In this document: positions 18,399 to 27,599 of the stretch, in pieces
Position numbering within the stretch: position 1 is the stretch's first letter
Layout of the letters: the number at the start of each line of letters is the position of its first letter
From: Candidatus Bathyanammoxibius amoris
GTDB lineage: Bacteria > Planctomycetota > Brocadiia > Brocadiales > Bathyanammoxibiaceae
DNA length: 64,000 bases
Direction: 5' to 3'
Assembly: GCA_024451685.1 (NCBI GenBank)
Contig: JAMXCW010000005.1
Span: 78,616 to 142,615 of the forward strand
Translations under genes and position numbers: made by a program
Notes under the pieces: model-generated
Seen by the model: only the letters and a program-made list of their open reading frames with translations
Database searches by the model: none
Told to the model about the DNA's origin: nothing

Positions 18399-20414
18399 CT
18401 AGAAGGCCTCGGGGAGGATCTCTTTGGTAATTTCTCTCAGGTGGCGTACAGATTTCTCCGGGTCGGCAAATCTGGACACCTCTTCTGCCACTTCTCTAGC
18501 CCTTTCATAAGTAATGGTGCGTATAACCTTTTTTAGTGCGGGGATTATGGTAGGCGGGGCCACACTGAACTCTGTCAGACCCAGGCCTACTAAAAGCACC
18601 AGATATTCTAATTCGCTGCCCATCTCGCCACACATTGACACGGGAATGTTGTTGTCTTCGGCGACTTCGATGGTCATCGTGAGCAGCCTCAGGATGGCCG
18701 GATGCGCGGGGCAGTACATATTGGCCACTGTCTCATTATCCCGGTCTATGGCGAGAGAGTACTGGACGAGGTCGTTTGTGCCGATACTAAAGAAGTCCGC
18801 TTCCTTTGCCAGTACGTCCGCTATCAGAATAGACGCGGGCACCTCCATCATAACCCCCATAGGTATATTCTCGTCAAAAGGTAGTCCCCTTCTATCCAGT
18901 TCATCCATCGCCTCTTTTACCATTTTCTTTGCCCTCTGGAACTCTTGCAGGGAGGATATAAGGGGGAAGAGTATCTTTACGTTCTTCTTCAGGGCTGACG
19001 CCCTGAGAATCGCCATTAGTTGGGTGTTAAATATATTCGGGTGCTCAAAGCAATAACGTATGGAACGACACCCCAGGAACGGGTTTGCTTCCCTGTAGTT
19101 GTTGCCATTAAAAAATTTATCGGCCCCCAGGTCTACCGTCCTTACGACGATAGGACTCGTCTCAAGCTGCTCCACGGATTCAATGTAGGCCTTGAGGTGG
19201 TGTTCTTCATTAGGGGTCTTGCCTGCTTCAAGGAAGAGGTATTCAGTCCTGTAGAGTCCGACACCGCTGGCTCCATAGCGTTGAAAGGTCTTAATTTCCC
19301 TGGGGAAATCGATGTTTGCCAGAATGGCAATTTTTCTGCCGTCCGGAGTCTCGGCGGGCTGGTCCTGCAATTCTTGGATAAGCTTGGTCGCAAATACGTG
19401 TATCGTCTTTTCCTTCTCTTGATACTCGTTTATCGTGGTTTCGTCGGGTCTTATTATTACCTCGCCTTTATTTCCGTCGATAATGACCGTATCACCCGGA
19501 TAGATCTCCGTGGTGATACTGCCCAGGCCTACCACACCGGGTATACCTAAGGCGCGGGCGAGTAAGGCCGTATGAGAGGTCCTGCCGCCGACTTCGGTGG
19601 CAAAACCCTTTATCTTTTCCAGGTCTAGAGACGCCGCCTCTGAAGGTCTTAGGTCGTGGGTGACGAGTACTACCTCTTCAGAGAGGTTCTTTAATTCTTC
19701 GCGTTTTTCACCCATCAGGTTGCTCAACAATCTGTTTTCTATGTCGATTATGTCACCAACACGTTCCTTAATGTACTGGTTGTCAGTGCTGTTGAATTTC
19801 CTCACGTAGTCTTTCAAGACCATGGAGACCGCAAACTCGGCAGTGACCCAGAAATTGTCAATCTTGGAGATAAATTCTTTCTTAAGATGTTCATCCCGCA
19901 GTATCGTTCTGTGGGCCTCAAGCACGGCTGCTATTTCGTGCCCCAGTCTTGCCGCGACCTGGTCCTTAAGCTCTTGCATCTGCTTTGCCGCAGCTACGAT
20001 GGCCTTCTCAAGCCTTTCTTTCTCATGGGACACCTGTCCCTCTGGAACAAAATTCCTCTTTACCCAGTAGCCTGTACCTTCCAGGACAAATGCCTTTTTT
20101 ATTACCACACCCTGTACCAGAGGTATGCCTTTTTTGACGACCATGGTTTGTTCGTTAAAGTTACCGCTGACCAGGTTGGAAAGGGCATCAAGTGCATGGA
20201 CTGCGTCTTTGCCGTCTGCGATGATACGTATATCAGTGCCCCGCTCGGCGCCAAGGGTCAAGAGTTCTATCACGCTCTTGCCGTTGACCTCTTTGTCCTT
20301 GGCTTTCACCTTTATTTCGGCAGAGTATGAGTTCGCTATTTCTGCAAAGCGGGTGGCCGGACGGGCGTGCAGGCCGTCCGCGTTTAGTATGCGATATTGA
20401 CGATTTATGATCAT
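18399..20414 (-). CDS. ptsI: HPr domain fused to PEP--protein phosphotransferase (PTS enzyme I)
   Basis: N-terminal HPr domain of about 85 aa with GLHARPA (His15) and NGKSV (Ser46). It is followed by EI with GGRTSHTALLARALGIPGV (phospho-His) and a C-terminal PEP-utilising TIM barrel. 671 aa. Confidence 0.85.
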   Translation of the reverse strand: MIINRQYRILNADGLHARPATRFAEIANSYSAEIKVKAKDKEVNGKSVIELLTLGAERGTDIRIIADGKDAVHALDALSNLVSGNFNEQTMVVKKGIPLVQGVVIKKAFVLEGTGYWVKRNFVPEGQVSHEKERLEKAIVAAAKQMQELKDQVAARLGHEIAAVLEAHRTILRDEHLKKEFISKIDNFWVTAEFAVSMVLKDYVRKFNSTDNQYIKERVGDIIDIENRLLSNLMGEKREELKNLSEEVVLVTHDLRPSEAASLDLEKIKGFATEVGGRTSHTALLARALGIPGVVGLGSITTEIYPGDTVIIDGNKGEVIIRPDETTINEYQEKEKTIHVFATKLIQELQDQPAETPDGRKIAILANIDFPREIKTFQRYGASGVGLYRTEYLFLEAGKTPNEEHHLKAYIESVEQLETSPIVVRTVDLGADKFFNGNNYREANPFLGCRSIRYCFEHPNIFNTQLMAILRASALKKNVKILFPLISSLQEFQRAKKMVKEAMDELDRRGLPFDENIPMGVMMEVPASILIADVLAKEADFFSIGTNDLVQYSLAIDRDNETVANMYCPAHPAILRLLTMTIEVAEDNNIPVSMCGEMGSELEYLVLLVGLGLTEFSVAPPTIIPALKKVIRTITYERAREVAEEVSRFADPEKSVRHLREITKEILPEAF

Positions 20415-20444
20415 ACGTGTTGATGGGGAAATGGTTTTGCGGAC

Positions 20445-20939
20445 TTAGGTCAAGCTTCTGGTGGGGTGACTGTCTACCTCTTTGAGTATTTCTATCATTT
20501 CTTCTTTGTCTGAAGCCGTGGTCATAAAGCGTCTGAAATCGCTGTCCCTTATCAGTGTGGCGATTCTTTCGAGGGCTTGCAGGTGTGCGCCAGCGGTTTC
20601 GTTGGGGGACAAAAGAAGAAAGACAAGGTGTACAGGCTCTCCATCCAGGGCATCAAAATCCAGCCCTTCTTCAGAACGCGCAACCGTTACCACCAGCCTG
20701 GAGATACACCTGTGTTTCGTGTGAGGTACTGCTACTCCACCACCTATTCCGGTACTGCCTAACTGCTCCCTTTTCATAAGGGCAGTTAAGACACCATCCA
20801 CTTCTTTGGTAGGAATCTTGTGAGACCGAGTAAGGGCTTCAACCATTTCCGCTATAGCATTTTTTTTGTCTCTGAGCTTTAATTCATATATTACTGCTTC
20901 CTCGACAAGGAAGTCTGTCAGCTTCATCAGGTTCTCCAA
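20445..20939 (-). CDS. ptsN: PTS EIIA(Ntr)-type protein
   Basis: GIGGGVAVPHTK active-site His block of the fructose/mannitol-type EIIA family. The position after hpf matches the classical hpf-ptsN arrangement. Confidence 0.75.
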   Translation of the reverse strand: MENLMKLTDFLVEEAVIYELKLRDKKNAIAEMVEALTRSHKIPTKEVDGVLTALMKREQLGSTGIGGGVAVPHTKHRCISRLVVTVARSEEGLDFDALDGEPVHLVFLLLSPNETAGAHLQALERIATLIRDSDFRRFMTTASDKEEMIEILKEVDSHPTRSLT

Positions 20940-21029
20940 AAAGAAATAGCCTCAATACCGGACAGGGTTTCAGTATGTCCGAATAACGTCAGAATGTCTT
21001 TTCAGGGTGTGTTCTTTTACCGGCATTTA

Positions 21030-21368
21030 TCATGATGGGCCTTCCTTTGGGCCGGTCCATGAGGGTCCCTTCTTTGACCTCTTTTGGTAAAGTTTCTCTT
21101 TATGCCGGGTTAGCTGCCTTTCCAATTTGTCAGTAGCCCTGTCTATGGCTGCGTATATATCGTGGTCGGTAACCTCTGCTATGAGTATCGAGCCCTTGGC
21201 AGCAGAGACGATCATCTCTGCACGGTGCCTCTCATTCTCAACGTCCAGATTTACCTGTATCTGAACAAGCCGGTTATAGTACTTTTCTAACTTCCTGGCC
21301 TTCTTCTCTGCATAACTCTTTATGGCATCGGTTATGCTCAGATGCCTTCCAGAGACTATTATATTCAA
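21030..21368 (-). CDS. hpf: ribosome hibernation promoting factor (HPF/RaiA, short form)
   Basis: NI.VSGRHLSITDAIKSYAEKK..KLEKY... is typical HPF. TTG start with a GAGGGA Shine-Dalgarno 9 nt upstream. Confidence 0.85.
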   Translation of the reverse strand: MNIIVSGRHLSITDAIKSYAEKKARKLEKYYNRLVQIQVNLDVENERHRAEMIVSAAKGSILIAEVTDHDIYAAIDRATDKLERQLTRHKEKLYQKRSKKGPSWTGPKEGPS

Positions 21369-21417
21369 CAGGTGAATCCCTCTAGTATCATTTGTGTTGA
21401 ACTAATTCTAAACGCTA

Positions 21418-21446
21418 ATTTTACTTCTTAACGCGGGGTTAGTCAA
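21418..21446 (-). promoter_or_regulatory. candidate sigma70-type promoter TTGACT-N17-TAAAAT upstream of hpf
   Basis: The hexamers were read on the minus strand with a 17-nt spacer, about 50 nt upstream of the hpf start. Confidence 0.4.
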
Positions 21447-21451
21447 GGATA

Positions 21452-22204
21452 TTAAACTCCGGCTGCCATTCGCCTGGATTTCGCAACTGTGAGGACGTAA
21501 ACCCTTCCCACGCCAGCCTCTTTGAGGACCCTGGCGCACTCTGACGCGGTAAGACCGGAGGTAAGGACGTCGTCCACAAGAAGTACGTCTTTTCCTTTGA
21601 ACACAGGAGGCCTTTTTACCATAAAGGCGCCACGGACGTTCTCCTGGCGGCAATAATACGGCAGGTTGGTCTGCGAGGGGGTGTTCAGGGTCCTTTTTAG
21701 TTCCCCGGTACAGACTTCTATGTCAAGGGACCTCCCAACGTTTCTTCCCAGGAGTTCTGCCTGGTTAAAACCGCGTAACGACTTCTTTTTCCTGTGCAGG
21801 GGCACAGCTACCACCATGTTTAAGCCGATCGAGCCCAGACCGGCCTCTTCCACGCATTGTACGAGTATTTCCGCCAGGGGCCTTGCCAGAAACTCGTGCC
21901 TGCCATATTTGAACTGATGTATCAGTTCTCTTATGGCGCCCTCATAATAGGTAGCGGAGAAGGCGCCGTTGAACCTCAAGCGGTGGGACCTGCATTCAGT
22001 ACATCCGTCCTGAGACACGAGGGTATAATCACCGAGCCCCATACCGCACCTTGGACAACGTGTGCCGGTGATATAATTTATTCCTTCCCTGCAGCTCCTG
22101 CAGAGGTACCTGGCACCCTCATTGTGAAGACTCTTCCGGCAGCCAAAGCAATGTACCGGATATATGAGGTTGACGATAGCTGCTAGGTGTTGTCTGAGTG
22201 CCAT
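21452..22204 (-). CDS. comF: ComF family protein (phosphoribosyltransferase domain with N-terminal Cys4 zinc-finger-like motif)
   Basis: CxxC...CxxC N-terminus and the PRTase motif VLLVDDVLTSGLT. Confidence 0.75.
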   Translation of the reverse strand: MALRQHLAAIVNLIYPVHCFGCRKSLHNEGARYLCRSCREGINYITGTRCPRCGMGLGDYTLVSQDGCTECRSHRLRFNGAFSATYYEGAIRELIHQFKYGRHEFLARPLAEILVQCVEEAGLGSIGLNMVVAVPLHRKKKSLRGFNQAELLGRNVGRSLDIEVCTGELKRTLNTPSQTNLPYYCRQENVRGAFMVKRPPVFKGKDVLLVDDVLTSGLTASECARVLKEAGVGRVYVLTVAKSRRMAAGV

Positions 22205-22544
22205 AGGGCCTCATACTAAGACACTAAGAACTGTACGATATTACAACACGTGTCGTATACATCGACAGCTAGATTAGTGTCATAGAAAAACTCAATAGTA
22301 ATTGTCCCGCACAAGGGTTTTGTACCCACGAGTGTAAGTTCAGTTCGTATAGCATAATAGGTGTGTCAGGAAAAAAAAGAACGTCTCAGCACGCCGAAAT
22401 TGCTCACTTCTCTCGTTATGGCACTGTAGTTGCTCTTTTCTACTACCAGTTCTGTTACCTGCCATACAGAACTACAGGCAGTTTTTCCCAGACAGGCCAG
22501 ATAGATAGGCACTATCTGGCCTCCCTCCCTCTCAAATTAATAAT

Positions 22545-23369
22545 TTATGTAGCGGAAGCGGTTTTCTCTCTTTTCATCGGCAAATTTTTCCTCACTTCCT
22601 CCAGGATGCCCGGGTCCAGTACCGAATGTATGAGGCACACCTTGTCCGGTGCCTGAGCGAGTACGGTGCCCCAGGGGTCTATTATCATACTGTGTCCATA
22701 GGTGGCGATGTTGTGGGGGCTCGTTCCAAGGCGATTTGGGGCTACCACAAAGGCCTGATTCTCTATGGCCCTTGCCCTGAGAAGCACCTCCCAGTGGTCC
22801 TTGCCTGTATGGGCGGAAAATGCGGAGGGTATGAGTATGAGTTCTGCCCCCTTGCCATGCAGGGCGGTGAATGTTTCCGGAAAGCGCAGGTCGTAGCAGA
22901 TGGCCAGGCCCACTACCCAGCCGTCCACGTTTACGGTTATAATCTCACTGCCCGGAAGTATCTTTTCCGACTCCTTGTAGCGTACTTTTCCTGGAATATC
23001 GATATCATAGAGGTGTATCTTTCTGTAAATTCCGATGATGTCTCCGCCGGGACCGATCATTACGGAGGCATTAAAGCCTTTGCCTTTTGCAGCAGCAGCC
23101 TCAAGGATACTGCCGCACAGGAGGTAGAGCTTGTTACGGCGTGCACTTTGGGCGAGTGCATTTATGGTAGGGCCCGGAACGGGTTCCGCCTGTTTCACCA
23201 TTTCCCCCATGGTGCCGTAATAGTTGAACATCTCCGGCAGCACCACCAGTCCGGCCCCGAGTGTCTTTGCCTCGTCGATCAGCTCCAACGCCTTTGCTAT
23301 GTTTTGCTCCTTGTCGTCCTGAGACGAGAGTTGGACGGCGGCGACCCGCAGCAGGCGTTTCTTTTTCAC
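22545..23369 (-). CDS. carbon-nitrogen hydrolase (nitrilase superfamily, Nit/omega-amidase-like)
   Basis: RVAAVQL start, Glu in VLPEMF, Lys in YRKIHL and catalytic Cys in GLAICYDLRFPE. Confidence 0.85.
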   Translation of the reverse strand: MKKKRLLRVAAVQLSSQDDKEQNIAKALELIDEAKTLGAGLVVLPEMFNYYGTMGEMVKQAEPVPGPTINALAQSARRNKLYLLCGSILEAAAAKGKGFNASVMIGPGGDIIGIYRKIHLYDIDIPGKVRYKESEKILPGSEIITVNVDGWVVGLAICYDLRFPETFTALHGKGAELILIPSAFSAHTGKDHWEVLLRARAIENQAFVVAPNRLGTSPHNIATYGHSMIIDPWGTVLAQAPDKVCLIHSVLDPGILEEVRKNLPMKREKTASAT

Positions 23370-23370
23370 G

Positions 23371-24435
23371 CTATATCTTCGCCCAGTCTAATAAGATGAG
23401 CGCTACTACGGCAAATATAGTTACAGGCAGCCAACCTGCGAGAATAGGATTGAGAGTCCCCGTGACGCCCAGGTTTGTGCAGAATAAGTTAACCACAAAG
23501 AAGCTGCATATTACGACAATTAGCGCGCCTACACTGAGGAAGAAGTTTTTCTTCAACCTGTCAAAGCCTATTATAAACGGGATGCCCAGCAGTAGCAGCA
23601 CTGGGGCGACAAAGGGATAAGCGAGTCTTGTTTGAAGGTATACCGGATAACGCGGGTTCTCAGGGTTTTTTTTGGAAAGGGCTCGCAGCTGAAAAATGCT
23701 CAGAAGGTTTGTGTCCCTCTCCTCTTCTCTCATGTTTTTGGGAGCAATCTCTGTTTCTAAGAAGTATTCTTTCTTTGCTTCCGTTGGGGGTATCCACTTA
23801 CCGCCTTCGTAGTTGTTCACTATGAGGCCAGTAAGGTACCACGTGTTATTACCGATCCACTTACCCTCTTTGACACTAATTGTTTGTCGCCTGTCGTCAC
23901 CCAGGGTTTTTAGTATAAAGACGGAATACATGGTCTCCTCTATAATGTCGTACTTTGCCACTCGTACGAGGAGCCGGTTGCTCTTGTCCACTACCATAAG
24001 GTTTTTAAGCTCGCTTTCGTCGAAGGTTATGGTCCTGAAACGTTCCAGCCGGTCTGCAAATGCGGGTACGAAGAACTCCTGGTCTCCCATGAATATCACA
24101 GACAGAATGCCGACGGTAATAAACAGAGGGAGTAGGATTCTGTACATGCTCAAACCGGCGACCTGCATCGCCATCAGCTCGTTTTGTTTGTTCATCTTCA
24201 CCAGGACGAAACCAACCGCTATCAGCACTATTGCGGGAAATAACCTGATAATCATCATTGGCAGCAGCAGGCTGTAGTAGTTTAACGCCATGGAGAACGC
24301 CTGGTCCTCCAGGGCCAGGAGGTCGTCCATTTTCTGGAAGATGTCTACAATCAGGAATATGCCCAGCAGGATGAACGCTATAAGGCACAGCGCCGGGAGA
24401 AAGCTGCGTATGAGATATTTGTCGAGTTTAGTCAT
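23371..24435 (-). CDS. LptF/LptG family LPS export permease
   Basis: The LDKYLIRSFL N-terminus, six hydrophobic segments and a central periplasmic domain follow the YjgP/YjgQ pattern. Confidence 0.8.
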   Translation of the reverse strand: MTKLDKYLIRSFLPALCLIAFILLGIFLIVDIFQKMDDLLALEDQAFSMALNYYSLLLPMMIIRLFPAIVLIAVGFVLVKMNKQNELMAMQVAGLSMYRILLPLFITVGILSVIFMGDQEFFVPAFADRLERFRTITFDESELKNLMVVDKSNRLLVRVAKYDIIEETMYSVFILKTLGDDRRQTISVKEGKWIGNNTWYLTGLIVNNYEGGKWIPPTEAKKEYFLETEIAPKNMREEERDTNLLSIFQLRALSKKNPENPRYPVYLQTRLAYPFVAPVLLLLGIPFIIGFDRLKKNFFLSVGALIVVICSFFVVNLFCTNLGVTGTLNPILAGWLPVTIFAVVALILLDWAKI

Positions 24436-24436
24436 T

Positions 24437-24952
24437 CTAACGGGCCTTCTGGCCGGGTGTCTTGTCTTCCGTTCGCGTATCCTTCATGGTCTCCATGAGT
24501 TCTGCGGCGGTTCGCTTTAAGACCGGATGTAAGGACGCAGGCGAAATGTCAGCCAAGGGTTCAATGACAAAACGTCTAAGATGCATCATCGGATGAGGTA
24601 TCTTCAGGTCTTTGTCTTCGATTATGCAATTATCGTAAAGTAGGATGTCAATGTCAATGGTGCGAGGAGCCCAGCGGCCTTCATTATTGCCCGAACCGGT
24701 TTTACGGCCCAGTTCCTTCTCTATTTTCCGGGTCACTCTCAGAAGTTCTTGAGGTGAAAGGCTGGTCTCGATGCACACGGCGGCGTTAATGAAGCGTGGT
24801 TGAGGGGGTCCACCCTGGGGCTCTGTCTCATAGTACGGGGATTCTTTCAGGACGGATATGTCGGGGTGTGCTCCCAGCTTTTTTATGCCGTCTTCCAACG
24901 TCTTTATTCTCTTTCCGAGGTTTGCTCCCAGACCCAGGTAGACTACGGCCAT
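24437..24952 (-). CDS. folK: 2-amino-4-hydroxy-6-hydroxymethyldihydropteridine diphosphokinase
   Basis: VYLGLGANLG start, RTIDIDILLYD, and PHP.MH.R.FV..PL. Confidence 0.85.
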   Translation of the reverse strand: MAVVYLGLGANLGKRIKTLEDGIKKLGAHPDISVLKESPYYETEPQGGPPQPRFINAAVCIETSLSPQELLRVTRKIEKELGRKTGSGNNEGRWAPRTIDIDILLYDNCIIEDKDLKIPHPMMHLRRFVIEPLADISPASLHPVLKRTAAELMETMKDTRTEDKTPGQKAR

Positions 24953-24956
24953 AGCT

Positions 24957-26816
24957 CTATGCCACCTCCAGGAAACTGTGTGAGCGGGGGCAGGCCCCGC
25001 AGTCGGGGCAATCGTCGGTAAAACAGTCCTCAGTGAGACTTCCCCGTGTGGACCTTGACTTCTCCAACGTCAGGAATTCATTCGTGACGCCGGTGCTTAT
25101 GTGGCTCCAGGGAAGGATTTCTTCGATGCCTCTTTTACGGGTGAGATAGAATTCCATGTCCAGTCCTGCGTCTTCAAATGCGCTCTGCCACCTCTGGATG
25201 TCAAAGTGGTCTTCCCAGGCGTCGAACTTGCACCCCAGCTCCCAGGCCCTGTGGATGACCTTGCCTAATCTTCTGTCGCCCCTTGCCATTATCCCTTCGA
25301 CCACGCTGCGTTCGGGGTTGTTAAATTTCAGCCTTATGCGGCGGTGTCTTATCCTGTCCCTCAGTCTCTCCTTTATGTTCCTGATTCTTTCAAGCGACAC
25401 CATGGGTTCCCACTGGAACGGTGTATGGGCCTTCGGCACAAGGGGCGCGATGGTCAGATTGACGTTGGCGGGAGAGCCGTCCACCTCTTTCTTTATGTTT
25501 GACACTTTGTATGCCAGTTCTGCTATGGCGTCAACGTCTTCATCCTTTTCCCCCGGGAATCCCACCATGAAATAGAGCTTCACCATCCGCCACCCAAGCT
25601 CGTAGGCCCTCCTGACGCCGTTGTAGAGGTCGTCGTTCTTTATGTTTTTGTTGATCATCCGTTTCATCTCGGGCGTGGCGGCCTCGGGGGCAAGGGTAAG
25701 ACTGGACTTGCGTACCGAGTTCAGGAACGGGGGTATGCGTTCCAGCATGTCTGAAACCCGGAGAGACGGGAGGGATATGTTCACCTTTCTTGAGTCGAAT
25801 CTTCTCTGTAATTCTGAGAGGAGTTCTTCCAGCCACGGGTAGTCACTTATTGATAACGCCGCAAGTGATATTTCGTCCTGTCCGGTGTTCATGTAGCAGC
25901 TTTCAGCCTGGCTTACAAGTGTTTTTACCGTCCGAACCCGGGTGGGACGTTTTATCATACCGGCCTGGCAGAAGCGGCAGCCCTGGGTACAGCCCCTCAT
26001 TACCTCCAGCGTAACCCTGTCGTGGACCGTTTTTATAAAGGGTACTATGGGATTCTCGGGGAAATAGGCCTTGTTCAGGTCGTCCACGGTGGCGCTGCGT
26101 ATCGTTGCGGGTACCCAGGTCTCCGCAGGCTTTATTTCTTTTATCGTGCCGTCCGGAAGGTAGCTGACTTTGTAAAGACACGGTGCGTAGAGGCCCTGCT
26201 CGCCCTTTACCAGGGCGTGGATTGTTTCCCTTCTTGTCAGTGCCGGTATGAGACCTGAACCATTAATTTCCTTCAGCCGCGTCGCGAGGCGGGTGATTGT
26301 ATCTTCGCCGTCTCCCAGCAGGAATATGTCTATAAAATCCGCAACGGGCTCAGGGGACATAGCGCCGGGGCCTCCGGCAATTACGATTGGGTCTTTGTCC
26401 CCGCGGTCTTTGCTAAAAAGGGGTATGCCCGCAAGGTCCAGCATGTTGAGCACGTTTGTATAGGACATCTCATACTGAAGCGAGAATCCCACTACGTCGA
26501 AGTCCCTGACCGGTCTGAAATTCTCCAGACTGAACAGGGGGACGTTATGGGTCCTCATGAGTGACTCCATGTCCGGCCAGGGCGCGAACACCCGTTCACA
26601 GGCCACGTCGTCTATAGAGTTGAGGAGGCCGTAGAGGAGCTGCAGGCCGAGATGCGACATGCCTATTTCATAGGTGTCGGGAAAGGCCAGGGCAAATGAA
26701 AGACGGGTTTCCCCCGGGTCTTTTACGATAGAATTCCATTCACCACCGATATATCTTCCCGGCGTCTCGACGTGTGGTAAAAGCTTCTCGGTGACTACGG
26801 TTCTTAAATTATTCAT
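24957..26816 (-). CDS. TIGR03960-type B12-binding-domain radical SAM protein
   Basis: Radical-SAM cluster motif CTQGCRFC and an N-terminal B12-binding-like domain. 619 aa. This is the usual partner of DUF2344/TIGR03936. Confidence 0.8.
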   Translation of the reverse strand: MNNLRTVVTEKLLPHVETPGRYIGGEWNSIVKDPGETRLSFALAFPDTYEIGMSHLGLQLLYGLLNSIDDVACERVFAPWPDMESLMRTHNVPLFSLENFRPVRDFDVVGFSLQYEMSYTNVLNMLDLAGIPLFSKDRGDKDPIVIAGGPGAMSPEPVADFIDIFLLGDGEDTITRLATRLKEINGSGLIPALTRRETIHALVKGEQGLYAPCLYKVSYLPDGTIKEIKPAETWVPATIRSATVDDLNKAYFPENPIVPFIKTVHDRVTLEVMRGCTQGCRFCQAGMIKRPTRVRTVKTLVSQAESCYMNTGQDEISLAALSISDYPWLEELLSELQRRFDSRKVNISLPSLRVSDMLERIPPFLNSVRKSSLTLAPEAATPEMKRMINKNIKNDDLYNGVRRAYELGWRMVKLYFMVGFPGEKDEDVDAIAELAYKVSNIKKEVDGSPANVNLTIAPLVPKAHTPFQWEPMVSLERIRNIKERLRDRIRHRRIRLKFNNPERSVVEGIMARGDRRLGKVIHRAWELGCKFDAWEDHFDIQRWQSAFEDAGLDMEFYLTRKRGIEEILPWSHISTGVTNEFLTLEKSRSTRGSLTEDCFTDDCPDCGACPRSHSFLEVA

Positions 26817-27046
26817 AAAAGGATTTTAAATAATAGCTTTACTGTTTATTATATGGAGACCGCTGAAAATGTCAGTTGTTTTGTTTCACGTTTATGCTAC
26901 ATTTTACCCGAAAACTTCTTTTTAAGAAGAGCAGTTTTTCCGCCCGGTGTCAAGTATTTGGTTTTTAGTGCGGGCCTGCGCGGGCCGTTTTCCTTACAAC
27001 ATCTGCCGGAAGCTTAGAATGAGGCTTAAAATAGAGGTACGATAAT

Positions 27047-27478
27047 ATGAGACCCCTGCATTTAATTGCGTCCGTAATAATCATCATTCCTTTGCTTACC
27101 TCAACTATAGCGTGTACCGGAGAGGCGAAAAAATCTGAGGGAGTGCCCGCTCCTTCAGAGACGCTTATCACACAGGCGGACGGAGGAAAGACCTTTAAGG
27201 TACGCAAAGGCGGCGAAATTACCATACGCCTCAAGGGCAACCGCACCACTGGCTATTCATGGGCGGTTGAAGAGGCGGACAAGAACGTGCTGGAACTCAT
27301 AAAAGACGTTTACACCCCGGATCAACCCGTAATACCCGGCAGCGGCGGTGTGCGGACACTGACATTTAAGGCAGTGTCGGTGGACACCGTTCCCGTGCGG
27401 TTAAAATACTGGCGCCCCTGGGAGGGAAATTCCTCGGCCGTCAAGCGCTTCGGAGTCACCATCCAGGTAAGCGAATGA
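27047..27478 (+). CDS. chagasin-family (I42) cysteine-peptidase inhibitor, lipoprotein-like
   Basis: All three chagasin loops are present: NRTTGYSW (NPTTG-like), PGSGGV (GxGG) and YWRPWEG (RPW). Signal peptide with a Cys in TIACTG. Confidence 0.8.
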   Translation: MRPLHLIASVIIIIPLLTSTIACTGEAKKSEGVPAPSETLITQADGGKTFKVRKGGEITIRLKGNRTTGYSWAVEEADKNVLELIKDVYTPDQPVIPGSGGVRTLTFKAVSVDTVPVRLKYWRPWEGNSSAVKRFGVTIQVSE

Positions 27479-27502
27479 TGGATTTGCCTGTTTGCGGGTT
27501 TT

Positions 27503-27578
27503 TGTCATTGCGAGGGGTGTAGCCCCGAAGCAATCTCACGTGCGTTCGAGAGATTGCTTCACTTCGCTCGCAATGACA
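27503..27578. repeat. complete hairpin copy of the tgtcattgcgag...gaagcaatctc palindromic element
   Basis: The left arm tgtcattgcgag[gggtgtagcccc]gaagcaatctc pairs with the reverse complement of the right arm gagattgcttc[acttcg]ctcgcaatgaca. The loop is about 13 nt. Confidence 0.85.
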
Positions 27579-27599
27579 TGATGTAGTCCGGTGCTTCCA

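Noticed and set aside
22363-22656. 97-aa GTG-initiated plus-strand ORF in the comF/nitrilase intergenic region
   Set aside because: It runs into and overlaps the nitrilase-family 3' end in antisense. It has no motif and an unremarkable composition.
26965-27249. 94-aa minus-strand ORF overlapping the chagasin-family gene start
   Set aside because: It has no motif or Shine-Dalgarno, and it overlaps a gene that carries all three chagasin signature loops.
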